NCBI GenBank assembly: GCA_046563655.1
Contig: CM102290.1
Span: 4,526,001 to 4,590,000, forward strand
Source: Yuukianura sp. NJ FZ-2021
Taxonomy: Eukaryota
Reading direction: 5' to 3'
DNA: 64,000 bases
A program made the translations under genes and the position numbers. Under the pieces are notes generated by a model. The model had not been told where the DNA came from. It saw nothing but the letters and a program-made list of their open reading frames with translations, and made no database searches. This document shows positions 26,401-41,206 of this stretch, piece by piece. Every line of letters starts with the position of its first letter. Position 1 is the first letter of the stretch.

Positions 26401-29400
26401 ATGCTCCACCATTAAGGCACTCACTGCCCCACCACCACTCCATGTACTCAGTCCATCCAACTATTAAAAGTGATACGATTATTATCATGTGCTCCACCAA
26501 TTGCTCCGCCGCCACACCTGCCTTTCTCCACTTTCTATTCAAACTCATTCCACCTAGGCTAACATTCTCAACCGATCCTAAGGTAGGCCACGCTCCAAAT
26601 TTCCCGCCAAATACTGAGGCTATTTCTCAATGTTTTAAACACAGTTAGTTTTGTTTTCAAAATTAAAAAGAACTCGTTCTGAAAAATTTGAGTTGTTTGG
26701 GTCTCATTTTAGTTCGACTCAAGAGTTATTTTTGAAGTTAGAGAAAGTATGAGCGTTACTGGGCATTAGTTACTCTTAGAAAAACAGGGAATGGAATTTG
26801 GGTTGAGAAAGTGGAGAAATGGATTTGTGGATACTATGTAATGATATTCAGTGTGTTGAAAGAAAGTTCAGTTGAGTTACCTTTGGAGAGACGCCAGAGT
26901 TCCTTGGAGGCAAAGACTCCAGTGGCCAATATAATGTCGTTGCATATTACGCCATTGTACGGATTGTGAGCATATCCTGTCCAAGGAAACCACATTATTA
27001 GTTACACATTCAATCAGATCCATTCTAACTTAACTAAACTCCTAACACCAGGTCAAAGTTCATTTGTGCATGTACAAACTTTGTAATGGGGGGAGTAACT
27101 ATTATTTGGGGGCAGCGGAGTGGAAGGCATGAAGGAAAGTACATAAAGATTGAAAGTGTTGTGCAAAAGGCTTGTATTGTTTTCCATGGGTCATAACGTG
27201 GAAACAATGTCTGAAGATGTGCTGAGGCGAAGATGAACCTTCTAATCATTGACAAGCCCTCGTATGATCCGGAATGCATCTTTTGTATTGCTCAAAACGA
27301 CTCTGCCAAAACTCGCCTCCCTGCCTTGAGTGTTTTGATGCCGACTACCCGTTTGTTGTATGTTTGACATTTGTTGGTCACTGTCGACACTGTCCATTCA
27401 GCGCCTTTTACTGCCCTATCTTTTCCTTTTTTGACGTTTGAGTGGACACGAGTGGCAGTTGGAGAAACGGGATTGGACAGGGGGAACTCCTGACTCTGTA
27501 AAGTTAGTGTTGGGGCCACGGGGGTGGTGGGCCTCTGACCTCATAGTGGGATATGTTATAGGATGTAGCTGGGTGGGTGGGTTCGGTGGCTGTGGCTGAG
27601 TGATGACAAGGTCCCTGGGCCCAAAATGGAGAGGCCTCTCCCCTTGTCCTTGGTGACATACGACCACTAGATGTTGTCAGAGCAGAAAGGAGGCATTTGT
27701 GGAAGGAAAGAAAGCGATCCAGTGGAGTCTGTGGCCCAAAGGAATAATTTACAACCACCTTCTTTCCTTTTGAAATTTCTTATAGAAAATCATACCAAAA
27801 ACCAACAAACCATGAGATTTCACCAGGAACTAAAAAAAAACCTCACCCTCTCCTTAAATATCCTTCAATAAATCCACGAAATCTCAAATAGATTCCTCTC
27901 ACAGCATTCCAAATCTTCTTCTTCAATACCCACCATTTATTATCCAAACCCACTTAACGTACAGACCTTTTCGTGTTCCACTCAAAATCCGCACTCTTTT
28001 GGTTGTTTTTTTAAAAAGAACTATTTTTTATTTTATTGAATTGCCTTTCAAACCTAAACCTGCATGGTGGGTCAAACCGAAGAGCACCTAAAACTCGATT
28101 GTAACTTTGCAATTGCAATTGCGACTGAAATTGGATAAGTTCTGAAATTTTTTGTAGAGGTTGAATTTTGATTGTTATTGGTACAACCCAATTTTGTAGA
28201 ATTTATTAAAAAGAAGAAAAAAGCTCACAATCAAATGCTAACTTTTTTGAAAGTTTTCCTCCTCAATTCATTTAATTTATTTTGTGTAAATTTGTTTGAG
28301 GTTAAAGTGAGGCTGTTGAGGGCGAAATAGCAAATTAAAAAAATGTTGCAATTAAAAATTTGGTTGTAAACAAACGAAACCCCATGTTTTGTCGTCGAAA
28401 GTTAAAAGAAGTGTTACAGAATGTAGTGTCAGTGTTGCTATTAAGAACAGCTTTGCAAATGCCGCTTTAGTATCACTACTTTCTCCGACTACTGAGGACC
28501 TCTTAAAGACAAAGTTGCAAAAAGTTTTCTCCATTTCCCTGCGACGGGGGTGTTTCGTTTGTGTCTGTAGAGTATGAATTGAAGCACAATAAGTGAAAGT
28601 GAAGTGAAGAAATGAAACATGAAAATGGAGAAAGACGACTCAGTTGAATGTAGAGCTAGTGGGAATTGTTGTTTGGCGAAGGGGGGAGAGGCTGGAGCCC
28701 CATAAATCCGCATGGAGAGGCCCAGAAGACATGGGAGCGATTAAGGGAATGAACATGTTTTACAGTTTCACTGACTTTCACTCCGTCGTCACCCGCCAAA
28801 GCTTCACCCGCCACCATGAACCAGTCACGGTGATGGGCAGAGGCGGGAAGGAAAGTTTGCTTTCACCGCTCTTCGAAAAGACGACTTTTCCCTCTTGAAA
28901 ACTTGTCGCCTTGCCTCGCAAGATCACAAATTAAAACTTTGTTTTGGAAGAGATTAACTGACTCGGCGGAGCCACAGTGATCTGCTTCCTAATGATCCTC
29001 GGCTTCCTCAAATTCATTGACAGTAAAATTTCGTACTTGGAAGCGTCAATCTTTGAGAAAAATATAGTTTTAAATATTTCTTTTAATAAAGAGAAAAAGT
29101 GAAAATATTTTAAATATTTGGGTTAGGTTGACTTTTTTTTTATTTATTTTTAGAAAGAAAAAAAACTTGAGTAAAAAATACAAGGTCTTTTGAAAAGCAA
29201 ATTCAAATGGGATGATTTACTAAATAAGGGCCCGTTCCCATTCAGCCTTTCCTAACAAACAGAAAAGAAAAAAATCTGCCTCAATTTTTCCAACTGAGAG
29301 GAACTGGATACTTCCTATTTCCGACTTCCTTTGAGGCTGGTAAAATATTAAGCAAAAACAGCAATTCCTATTCTACTTTCTCCAGCAAAGTGCTTCAGAA

Positions 29401-32400
29401 AGATCACGAATCTCACAGTGTCAACGAAACGCTCTCAAGTACCACAACTTTTCCCTGAACGAAACTATCAACAAAAAAGAAACTTTTGCTAAGTTTTTTC
29501 TCTAAAAGAGAAAACATTTGGATTAGTTGTTTCTCCGCTTTCAAAAACCCTGTTACAAATTGACACAAATTTGGAGAGTGGATTTGAGCAGTGCCTAATA
29601 GAGTAGGAAAATGGGATTAGTGAAAGTCGGGACAAGAGTTAAGGTGAAATCAATAAATGGAACAAGATTCAGAACTTGTTTCCGGAAGGAATTATGAAAT
29701 GTATGAATCCTAGATTCCACTTCCGCCAAAAAGCCCGGGAAAGTCAGGATTGTACCCGTGTGTCGTGGATTTTGAATTGAGTTTAACTCATTTTGTGGAA
29801 ACGGAGAAAGACTATGAAGGGGGACAGACGGGAAAATGGTTTGAATTTTCCCGGCCAAGGGGTTTTGGGGAAGTGCTGTATTTCTTCCTACAGCAATTTC
29901 ATCACTTCTTTATTGAGGAAGAAGGTAATCATAAAGGTTTCCCTTAAAATGACTTTCTCAGCCATGTCCAACTTGTTATAAAGGCCATTTGAACATCATG
30001 AAACAAGAATATGGCTTTAGACTAAAAGGACGGCGGCAGAAAGGACCCAGTTTTCATCTTCTTTTTAAAAAAAAAAGTCTTTCTTTTGAAAAAAAATGAG
30101 AAAAGAGCTACACTTGTCTTATGGTTGGATTGGAGTAATAGAGTACAAACAGAGATTTCCTTTTTAGAACAGACGATGTCGGTTCCCCACGAGGCGGGAG
30201 TTCTAAAGTCTTAAAAAAAGAAATGACCCGTCCACTCCTTTATATCAACAGCTTCTGACCGAAACCGGAGACTTCGGATCATTGGACCTGAAATTTATGC
30301 AGTTTCAACTTTCGGTTTCCCGGTTCGCCCAGTGGACCATTCACAGAGTTCCTGGAAACCTCAGATCAAACATAGTGACAAAGCTACATTTTGGTCAATG
30401 GATTGGATTATTTTTGAAACCATTATTACATTGAACTAATATATTTGATTTTGAAGTCAAACTTACTTCTTGCTTCAGCAATGAACAATGCTTAGCAAAT
30501 TTAACGTGTTGAATAACAATGGACAAATTTTATACGGAAAAAATTCTCAACAGTTTTGGAAAAACCGAATCATTGGAAAAGACGTTGTTTTCACTGTAAA
30601 AAAGAAGAAAATTTGCAATATGCAATATTTTGATAGTGGGAGGATAAATGATTGGATTCAAAACAGGATTTTAGAATTTCATATGTGAATGTTATTGGAT
30701 TTCTGGATTTGATCTGTGGCAGGAATAATCAAAGCGGGAGTTTTGTGGTTGATTCAAAAAGTGAAGACTGGTGGCATGGCCATAACTGAGACGTTAACTG
30801 AACTGTAGTTTGGTTTGGGATATTTTATTACCTCCGTCAGAACACTCTCTGCATCTTTATGGACAGATCATCTCCCACTTTTCATTGGAGATCCCAAATG
30901 TATTCATGGGTTTGACCCAGAGGAGAAAATAATAATAAAGGAAATAGGAACAGAGAAATTCTAATATTTTCACCCCAAATCCACCACAATCTTTCTCCGT
31001 TCCAAATCCAAAAAGCATCTTCCTAATAAAAATCTCTGATTTGAAAAGTATAACTTTCCCGCTTTCCCTCTTCTGGATTTCACCCCCACCGAGAGAATTG
31101 AAGGGAAAAGGGCGTTAGTTGTCCAAGTCCATACGAATCCAAAAACATGACATTGGGCTGACATGTTCTTTGGACCCAGAATATCAAAGATGCGGGAAGA
31201 GATGAAGGAAAAGCAATGAAATTTAAGCGCACCGTTTCAAAAAATGTGAGAACCGTGTGGGTCCGTTACTCGTGACAACAGTGATGATTGCCAGAGTCCG
31301 TTTCTGAGTCAAGAGGCCTTTTCTGGACGCCTGATTAGAATGTGAATGGGGTTATGTTAGGTTAGGTGATGGTGGGTGGGGAGAGTGGTGAAAGTTTGTT
31401 GAGGAAACGACGGTGAAAACGTGATCGGAAAGGGAGGAGTAATCTGTGGAAATCTGGATGCTAACATAAATTGTGTGGTATTAGTTCCTGGCTGCATTTG
31501 ACGACATTTCAGCACTTTCCCATGCAAATTCTTTACACACATCCTCATTTCCATGGAGTAGTTGTTGGAAAGCCCTATTCTCTCTCCCTTAAGACATCTT
31601 AGTTCTTAGGCGAGCCTTAAAAGGCCTCAGCTATTAAGAGACTCCGGCAGAAAGTCGTTAGAGCCCCTAAGACTCACCAATTCCCCTCTTCAGCCTCCTT
31701 ATGACCCATTACAGCGATTAAGAGGCTGGAGACAATGTTGCCCAGCACGACCACAAAGCTTAGGCGCTTCTTTTTACTTGTCGGGGCTCGAGAAAGTAGG
31801 CACTGTGGAACCAAAATTTCAAGACGAGTTCCTATTCTGTTAGGTTTGGCTGTTGCTGAGACTTGGGCACTCAATGAGGATTAAGCAGACGCTGGTTCCA
31901 GTGTGTTCCAGCGACTCCTCAATCCACTTGATGTCTCTGACTCCAGAAGACAAGGGGAATAAAAGATACATAATAAGTACAAATGTTGTCCTTTGGATTC
32001 TAGCTAACCCTCCTTAAGAAATTACACTCCCCAAGGCCACTCAGACGAACCACGCTCTTCGACGGACATTTTTTGGAACATTTTCGAACAAGAAACTGGA
32101 GCATCCGCTGCTGGAGTTCTGCTTGTTTTCAAAAAAAAGTGGTGGAATACTGAAAAAAAAACAAAGGGAACCGACCCACATCCGAGGGAGAAAGCAAAGA
32201 AGACGGAAGATAATGTGGAGAAAGCTTCTTGTTAGTACTGAAGGAAAAGGGGGTGGATGGGCCAAGGAGATTTACGCCAACTATAGATCAGCTCATAATG
32301 TCAGTACGGCTTGCTGAGCTTTGAGTCTTCCCCCCTACCCTCTACCCCCCTCGTTCCAACGATTCCGGAGACCTTAAGATTTCGGACCATTGGAGTTAGT

Positions 32401-35400
32401 GTTAGATTTTTCTAAGATTCTAAGACTTCTTAACCCACAAGTTCAGCCAGCGGCTATAAACTGATAACTAGCTCCACCCAGACTTGAAGCTCAGCGTTCA
32501 TCGACACTTCCTACGAGCTTAATAGCTTCGCTTGACCACACTAACTCTTCGGTCAAAAAAAAAACTAAAGATAGGCCTTAGAGATGGAATCGCTACAATC
32601 CAAACCCACCTTAATTTGAGCCACTTCCTATCAGTTCCTAAAATCAAAAACCATAAATGCTCAAATCACAATTTACACCCTCTTAGACCTGGGCGACGGC
32701 TTTATTAGAGTTGGAGCCAAAAACCCGAAATCGACTGTGAATCTTTCCCAAAAACAGAAAAAGCTCCGAACTCAGCACATTCCCTAATCATTGAAAACCA
32801 CTCGAGTGGTCACTGGACACAGCCACTGAAGTGCCCAAAAGCTTATTGGAGAAATCAAAAGTAGAGTTATGAGGGTTTGAAAGAGCTTCAAAATGGGAGT
32901 GGTTGCCGCCACTTTGTGAATAGACCAAAAGTTACCTCGGAACGACCTCATAAATCAACCCCTTTCCCCGCCGACTTCTTCCTTTCTCTAGAACAAAAAG
33001 TTCTACTCTAAAAAAGAAGAGCTGCTAATTGACTAGAGATTTTACTTTTTCCCTATTTTTTTTAAATGATCTTTCTAAGTTTTCACAGAAAAACTTTTTT
33101 TTCATAATGTCCTCTCTTTTTTTTTTGAATTTTGTCCTAAAAGAAAAGTTGTCTCTGGCCTTTGTTTAGAATTTGATTTAGGAGTTATGGGCTTGACTGG
33201 CAGGAAAACAAGGACTACAGTTGCTTACTTGGCGTTTTTTCTTAAAGAAAACGAAAGAAGTTGGAATAATAATTTTGAAAAGTAAATAGGAATATGAAAA
33301 AGTGAACGTTAATTCTGTTATGTGATTATTTATGATTCAGCTCTTCCTGTGCCCTCTTCCCCTTGTCGTCTCTCTTGCAGAACCTTTGGAAAGAGGTTCC
33401 TTTTAATTGTGAAGACACGAAGAAAGTGACATGGAAGGAGACTAATGAATTTCTGCTACAAAGTGACAATAGAGAAAATCCATTCGTAGCTCGGTTGGAC
33501 TTTAAGTACAAAAGTCTCCACTTTTCCAAACTGTTCGTAAGATCCAATTCAATCTTACCTAATGCAAAGATTAGATCCTACCCCCTCACTACTCCGCCTT
33601 TCTTCGATTTTCATTCAATTAACAAAAACTACTCTTTCAAATTGGAAAACAACGTCTTAACTGGCTTAGGCTTTCACTCTCATCAAGTAAGTCCCAATTA
33701 GTCATAATTTAAAATCCTTCGAATTCAAAATTCAAACAAATCTTTCTAATTTTAAAGAGCAGATTTTAAAGGCTGAGTCTGATCATTTTGAAATTAAAAG
33801 ATTTGTTCTGCTTGGAAGTGAAAGATTTGTTGAGTCTCGGAAAACAAGAGAGTGACTAAGGTTTTAGAATGTTGAATTTGAATTTTAGAAGAAAAGGGAG
33901 TAACTATTTATGGATCCAGGGTATCTACAAGGGCTAATCACTGATGAGAAAAAGATTCTAAAGAAGAGAACTTATGCTCTAAAAGAGAAAGTTGGTGAGT
34001 GTTGTTTTCCCTCGGAAGAAGCCCCCTTAAAGCCTCCAAATGACCAGTTAATCCCTGGAAGATCCATGGCTGTAAAGGTGTGTTTGGCTGGTATTTACAA
34101 AAGATTAAGCCTGTGTTGAGACAATTGGCGTGAGTGTTACTTTCCATTTGGCTTAAATTGTGTTGTAAAGTGGTGTGTGTTGGGTAGTTTGAATGTTAGG
34201 CCTAATGTGACTTGGGGGAGCCTGAAGTTGGTAATGAGGGCTCAAAAGCCCCAAGGGAGCTCTGAGAAAGTGGAGAAAGCAACTTACCCTTCATCCCCCT
34301 CTCGTCCTCCTTCTCGTTATTATTGTCACACATGCCGCTCAGGATATCTAAGAATCAAAACATTTCAGCAGTCAAACACTCTGACAAAAATTGATACAGT
34401 AAAAAAAATAGATATGTGGAAATAGTCGTGTATAACTTAAAATTCCAAGTTGTGGAGATCTTCAAAAGTATTCTTAAAATTTTATTTTAACTGCTGTGGG
34501 ACAGTCGGAAACTTTATTTTTGCAAAAAAAAAGAGAAAATTAAGCTGAGTAAACTCCTTGAGCAAATGTAGCTTGTAGGGAGTTGGACAAAGTAGATTGG
34601 AAGGTGTTTGACCCTTACCATGTTCCTTACCATGACTGTTGATGAAATTGGCCAAATATAAATCCAACTCTCGGACGGAAACATTTATGTGGTACGGGTT
34701 CACACAAAGGCCCGGATGGAGACACTCGGGTGACTTCTCCAATCGCTCTCCATCCGTACTCTCCAGAGGTATGGCCTTGAACAGGATCACCATCACTAGG
34801 TCCAGTCGCCACACCTACGCAAAACACGTTAATCAAACAGAGCCACTTCCCAGAATGTCAATCGGCCTCTTAGAAAACCAAAGCAAGTTGACCTAAACGC
34901 TTCTCCGCAGTTCAGAATCCTTGTACCAGCGGAATTGATTGCCCTCCTCTACAGTGGCCCTCCCCCGTTTCCATAAGTAATGTAATAAAGTAGAGTTAAT
35001 AAGAAGCCCGGAAAGGAATAAACAGAACAATAGGCCCAGATCTTGGGATGAGATGCTGGAGCTGATAGGGACCTTGTATCCAGTCCAGCAGCGACGTTTG
35101 AAGGCAGAAAGCGATTGTGAAGCGATACAAGATACTCCCTAGGTCAGCATTCTGCGGCGCCAGATGAGTTACATCCAAAGGACAACCATTACAACCCATT
35201 CCCCACACTCTTGCCCACCAACAGCTCCCATCAAAAGCTTCCCGCCACTTCCAATTCCCACAGTCAAAATAAGGACCCACTGCCCTCGTACTTACATAAC
35301 CAAAGTCATTGGATCTTAATGTACTTGGAATGTTAACTTTATTTGAACCAAAAACATTTACTCATTACTTTGCCTCAATTTCATAAACGGAGCTGCGAAA

Positions 35401-38400
35401 CTTCAAAAATTGCAGCAAATTATAAAGGAATTCAGAAAATTTTGAGAATGAAAATAAACGCGACATGGATATACAAACTGTGTTTTTCATAGCAAAGTGT
35501 AAATTTTTGCAAAAAAAAAAAAAAAAAATTCATCCAGCGACAACAGTTTTCAAACTCTAGCTCTACGATTTTTGTTTTACGAATTTGACACTTTATAAAA
35601 ACTTTCCAGAATACAGTGAGAGTGTTTAAATTCTAGTTTCCTATAGGAAAAGAAGTTCTTTTGAAGCATAACTTGTATCATTTCATGGTCAATTAACAGT
35701 AACAGAAGACGTCACTCAACTCACTATTTGGGACACTTAGTTTAACGAGCTGTAAGTATGAGGGGGAGAGAAATGACTTTCTCCATTTCTTTGCAGCACT
35801 CGAAAGTGCAAGACGGTAAATTTTTAGGCTTAAAAAATACAACCATGCACAATTTTTTGTTCACATAGCAGTTGGACTTGTAGTTTTTAAACAAATATTT
35901 TTTTTTCAAAATTTGTCTTGAAAAATTAGTAAAAATTTACCTTGTCTGCTTGACGTAGGCAGTCAATTCGACGCATTTTCCCCTTTTGATCAGGATTAGA
36001 GAGGACACACATTGCAGGTTTCTTTCCAGTTATTGAGAGCACGAAATCTTCACGGTACTCTTGCGTTATGTCTTTTCGGAGTTTTCCAAGGAGTCGAGAG
36101 GCCCATTTCTGTTTCACTTCAATCTTTTCATTCTGAAACCGAATTGAAAAAAAAATTAATATTTTATTTTTCAAAACCAAAATCAGTCCAAAACCTAAAC
36201 GGCATTGAAAACAGGAACAAAGGATATAAGACTCTGAACTTGAGTCGAACTTGAATAATGAGTTGATCCTATCCAAAAGTTTTCCTCTTTTTCTTAGAAA
36301 GTTATTTAGAACAACGCGATTGTGAAGTTTGGAAACAACAATGGAGGCAAAGCCATTAGAATCTTCTTGTTCCAAATAAATTCTACAATTTCCAGAACTA
36401 ATTCATTTGTGACTCAAAATTTTCATTTTCCTATGACTATCTTAAGATATATTCAATCCTTTCATAAAACTGAAAGTGTGAAACTGTGCTCGTTTTGTTG
36501 CAAATAAACTAATGGAGCAGACAAACTTTTGAATTTTGATAATTTCTAACATGTACGTTCCTATGAACGGTTTGAGCTCACAATTGTGGTCTATGGTGAG
36601 TTAGTCTAAGCTTTCTCCAGTTTCCTCAATGAACAAACGTAGGTCTAGGGGTAGGTTTTTGAAAATAAAGGATTCATGAAGCCTAGATGGGCGTCACGCC
36701 TCCTAATGCTGGTCGTGACAGGTCATTTTTTATAATCTTCCCACAATTACTCGGCCCCTTTCTCCTATCGTCTTCATTTTCTCTCCAATATGTTCATTAT
36801 AACATATGCAGAAGGGGGCTTTGGCGGTAAAACGAACGCTTGAACTTTCTCTTTTTTTGCCTTCCGACATTCCACGACTCGACTGATAGAAGAGCCACTT
36901 CACTTAACTTTTCCTTTCATCCCCTCTACAACCAAACGTCCACATCCCTACAACACGGACTTTCTCCACATTGAAATTGTACATTTAGCTGAAAAGTGAG
37001 GCTCAAATGGCACTTTCCCTGCCCACGGAATACGCATTTTATCCTCTACCGTAGAAAAAGACAAGAGAGAGAGACGGTGGCTAGAAGATGGAACCGTTTG
37101 TCTCAATTTAGCTTTTTCGAGAGGCTTCGGAAAGTTATTTTCAAAGTGGGATTAAGTCAAAGTAATCAGTCGACACAAGCATAGGGCGGAGGCTGTGGGC
37201 CTAACTCTAAACCCACCGTTCGAACCACAACTTGTACTTTTGAGCAACTCAAAGTCTATTAACTTTCACCAGAATATTCATTTGAGCCCATGTAAATCAG
37301 AACACTTTCTCCCCACCCACGCTCCCTCTCTGTTTTAATGAAATTGCGGTAAGGTAATAGGTGGCCTACAACCTTTAGGTCCCAAACCCTCCTGGCAAAT
37401 TACCAAGAGCATTTAATTTAAATTCGACATTTATAGGCCTCTTTCCCAAGTGGATCCAATTATACACTTCAATGAGTTAGTGCTGTCCAACGAACAACCA
37501 TCGCCACAATTCAGCACTCTTCCAAACCCCACTTTGTGACCAACAGCCTCAACTTTGAACTTTGACGTTCCGCCTGAGACGGTCATTTTGACGCAGTTAG
37601 GTGGAGTGAAAGTAGCCTATTTAAGTAATTTAAATGGCCTCGTACAGCTTGAAGTGTAGAGTGGGAAGATGAGATTTAGGGGCTGCGGAAGAGCTCTTGA
37701 TGGTCAAGGAGTGGGCGTGTCAATGGGTTCGATTGAGCTGGAATTGGTGCTGATTAAGGCTGGACCTCTTCCGTCCTGATTTACGAACTCTACAAATTTC
37801 CTACTCAGCTCCATTACCTTTCCCCAGTTGCTTCTCTGGAGGGAATTTGGAAAATTACGGGATTCCAGAATGCGGGAATCAAGAAATCTCTCCCGGGTTT
37901 TTGGAATCTGGACCTCCGCTGACTATTTCTGTTTCTCTCCGACTTTCGACCTGCACTCGGAACGTTTCTCAGACCACCGATGAAATCCTGACCTGAGACA
38001 GAAGAAACGACGTCTAAATGTCCATGTCATTCGCGTTTGGTGTCAATTCCGAATGCTCAAACTTACCCGCCCATATCAAGTCTCCTTAAGTCCATTCTCT
38101 CTTCATTCACTTTCACCTTAACAAATACATCAACAACACACCTTGTCATCAACGTGTTATGACGTAAATCAGGTCAGGTCCCTATCCAAGGTTACTTGAC
38201 AACGAAAAGATTTTCTTTAACAGGTTGCGTACTATCTCGCTTGTTGGCCGAAAAACGAAAAGAAAAAAAAATTGATACAAATTTTAGTACCAATCCGAAA
38301 AATTGCTGGCAATTCATGTGCAAAATTAAAAAAATTCGGTTCTATTGTTGTGACTACGACGCCCTGAAATGAAAAGACACTCTTTTACAAAATCAAAAAA

Positions 38401-41206
38401 CATTAGGTATTACCCAACCTTATCAAAATCAACAAACCTTGTCTCTAACTATTTGCCAAAAAAAAAACAACAAGATTGGGCAGAAAGCATTACCAGAAAC
38501 CTTAACCTAGCATAATCTGGGATAGCTTAACCTCGATTTTAGAATGACAGGGTTATTTAAAAATCTGATTTCCGTGCTTCAAGAGCCGGTCTTGAACTAA
38601 ATGTGAACATCTACAGAGTAAAAATGGAACTAAAAGTTATGCTTGGGTTGTAAACTATAGAAGAAGCGCCTATTCTTTTCACGTGAAGACATCATTTGCG
38701 GACGGAAGGGAATTTTTGTGGAATCGGTGGATGTTGGAGTAGATTTGTTATTTGAGCCGAAGAGCACTAAATATAAGAAATGGGTAGCTGTACCATACAT
38801 TATGGAGATAGGACGGAAGAAGACAGGGGAGAATGGGATGAAGGGAAGTAAGGACGGGCCAACATTTAGTTTATGCAGAGAAAGTAGGAAGATGCATGAC
38901 CTCCACGGAACAAACTAGTCTTCATATTGTTGGGCTTTGGTGACCCTGGTTCCCAACCACTGGATTTATGGAACAGAGACACATTAGGCTTCGTTTGGTC
39001 TCCCCATGGCCAAATGTAGCTTAATCTTTGAAGAAGGAGGGGGTCGGGGGAGAAAGTGGGTCTCTTTTCAGGTCATTTTGCGGAGAAGAAAGGAAGGAAT
39101 AAAAGGCTTGTTGTGTACTTGTGTATGTACAATGTTCCGGTTGTGTGGATATGTATTCGGAGTGTATTATAAATTGTGGTGACAAGATTGGAATCAAAAA
39201 TAAAAGTTGTTCTTCCGGAACTTTGTATTTAGGGAGGAGGGTTGGTGTAGTCCAGGGAAATCGTCTTCTTCAAGGGATCATAAATAGGAAAAAAGAAAGC
39301 TTTTTCCTTGGCAATTCTCTGCTTTCTTCAACCCATTGTCTCCGTCGGCCCATATTGGAACGACGGAATTTAGTGGAAACAACCGCTGGAAAAAGTATGT
39401 CCGCAATGGAATGGAACCAGCTATCTCACCACTGTCTCCACCAACATCCCAAACCATATCTTGCACCATGTAACAATTTGAATTACATCAATTCCCGCTT
39501 TATGCTTTCTTTTCAAATATGGAACACAGAACCCAAGCCCCTTCTCTTTGAATGCACCGCTTTCTTCCTAAAAGCTCAGTTTTCTCTTTAACACACACAT
39601 ACACAAATTATGCTATACTTTCAGAATCTTTTCACAACAAACATTTTCAATGCACACCATAATTTTGCCAACAGAAAGCTAAATCGATTGAAGACGAAGT
39701 TTTTTTTTTTCAAATTTTGAAAATAAAAACCTCAAACTAACTTTAGTAATTGAAAAAACACCAAGGTTTATGCTCCTGTCTCTTGCAGAAATAGTAGACC
39801 CTAGTCGATTGTTTCGCACTTACACTTAATACAGCATTTCGCGTGTGCCGTGTAATCAAACACAACTTCCAAAGCTAAATTCATAGTCTAAGGGAGAAAG
39901 TGAATCATAAGAGTTCATTTGTAAGCTACCAAAGAATGTAATACAAATGGAGGAATATGGAGAAAGTTGAGTTGTATTCAGTGATTCCCTAGGAGATAGA
40001 TATGTTTATGGAAGAAATTCCAAAGCAACACCTACCCATTGTATTCCTTAAGTACTTTCCACCCTCACCCACCACTGTCTACTGTTCGCAAGTTTTGTGG
40101 TGTCGAGTAACCTGGAAATGGAGGATTTGTAAATTGGAATCCAGTATCTTCATAATGCTTGACGCTTGGAGGGAAGAAAAGACATTGGGAATTGGTTTGG
40201 AAACTTCCATTTAATTCACAAGGTTTCCTCGTATCTCCTCCATACTTGTCTCCTTGCCAATATTTGAATCTCCCGCTTCTTTTCTTCTTCTCGAAGGACG
40301 TCATCAAAATCATCTCTTCTCTATTCCTTCTACCCTTCAAAATGTTATGTTGTAAATGCTTTCGAGGAGACGTGTAGGTTTTGCAACGCTTTTAGAAAGC
40401 GTAACATGTAATATCGTGAGACGTAGAAGTAATAATCTTAGCACGTAAATACCTGATATCCTTATACTGTCACACTAATATGCCACGGGAAGATGTTTTT
40501 TTTATATTTCAAAGTTTTTCAAAAGTTTTTAAAAAACTTGCCACTTAATTTCTAAGAAGTGAGCACAAGCAACTACTATATGCGTAGATAATATTTTCGA
40601 AACGCGTCTAATTTGGTGTTTAAGTTTTTGATTTGCTTATTCATTTTTTATTTTGTAAACTTCGCAACGTGTTGTGTTCTTTTGTTGTGAATACGACCGT
40701 CGACGCGTTCTTCTGACTCAATGTTTAAAATTTCGTTCTGCTTTGTTCAGCGTATAACAAACTGATGGTGTTGTATGAAAAATGACGCTTACAAGTACAA
40801 TAGTTAAGGAAATGTTGACCTTTGACAGTTTTCATTTTCGGAGCGGTCACATATACTCAGACGGTTTAACCAGTCATAAAGTTAGACTCACGATGCATTA
40901 TGGGATTGTTCCAGCTCAGACCATCTTTCAAGAATAACAGTTCCCACCCCGGTAAAATTCAAAATGTAACATTTTAAGTTAGCTTAACATAGCAGAGATT
41001 TGGACGCAAGAATGTTTAAAAGTTCAAATGGAAATGAAAGCGTTTCTTACCTGAAGCTCTTCTTTGCACCTCCTTTCTTCGTCGAGTGACATTCGTTTTT
41101 CGTGTTTCTTAAAGTACTTGCGTTTGGCTGCTTGGAGATTGAACCAAGTGTATGAAAATGCCTTTACGTAGGGTAACAATGCTTCAATAAATGGATGAAA
41201 TTCATC
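20464..41206 (-). CDS. NfI: Nuclear factor I (NFI/CTF) transcription factor, 12 exons from DEFHPF to the stop; first coding exon lies further upstream
   Basis: Exons 41206-41051, 36132-35941, 34814-34631, 34347-34288, 26976-26881, 24124-23996, 23702-23505, 23164-22904, 22479-22289, 22215-21895, 21653-21398, 20663-20464 total 2244 nt in frame. DNA-binding domain [39 protein letters not shown] ... [16 protein letters not shown] ... [48 protein letters not shown], plus FSDFVTLVC and a Pro/Ser/His-rich C-terminus. Confidence 0.95.
21715..21862. repeat. Long imperfect inverted repeat (about 70-bp arms, 6-nt loop) in an NFI intron
   Basis: Left arm cattctctaaataagcaact...cctttctccatttctt...ggcctcagtgcggctt pairs with right arm aagcagcactgaggcc...aagaaatggagaaagg...agttgcttatttagagaatg. 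Confidence 0.92.
22661..22821. mobile_element. Candidate MITE (161 bp, 19-bp perfect terminal inverted repeats, flanking TA)
   Basis: ta|acaggttatgccataactc (22661-22679) ... gagttatggcataacctgt|ta (22803-22821), with an AT-rich non-coding interior. Single copy in this window. Confidence 0.6.

Noticed and set aside
26189..26648. Several overlapping ORFs of 68-92 aa on both strands
   Set aside because: They arise from C/A-rich low-complexity intronic sequence that lacks stop codons; no domain and no consistent splice sites.
27292..27758. GC-richer block with three overlapping minus-strand ORFs, a possible extra NFI exon
   Set aside because: I found no phase-compatible acceptor and donor pair, and the NFI frame closes without it.
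39121..39591. 156-aa plus-strand ORF inside an NFI intron
   Set aside because: No recognisable protein features; it overlaps a compositionally skewed block. The short complementary words in 38.8-39.45k are not in nested order, so I do not claim a specific hairpin there.
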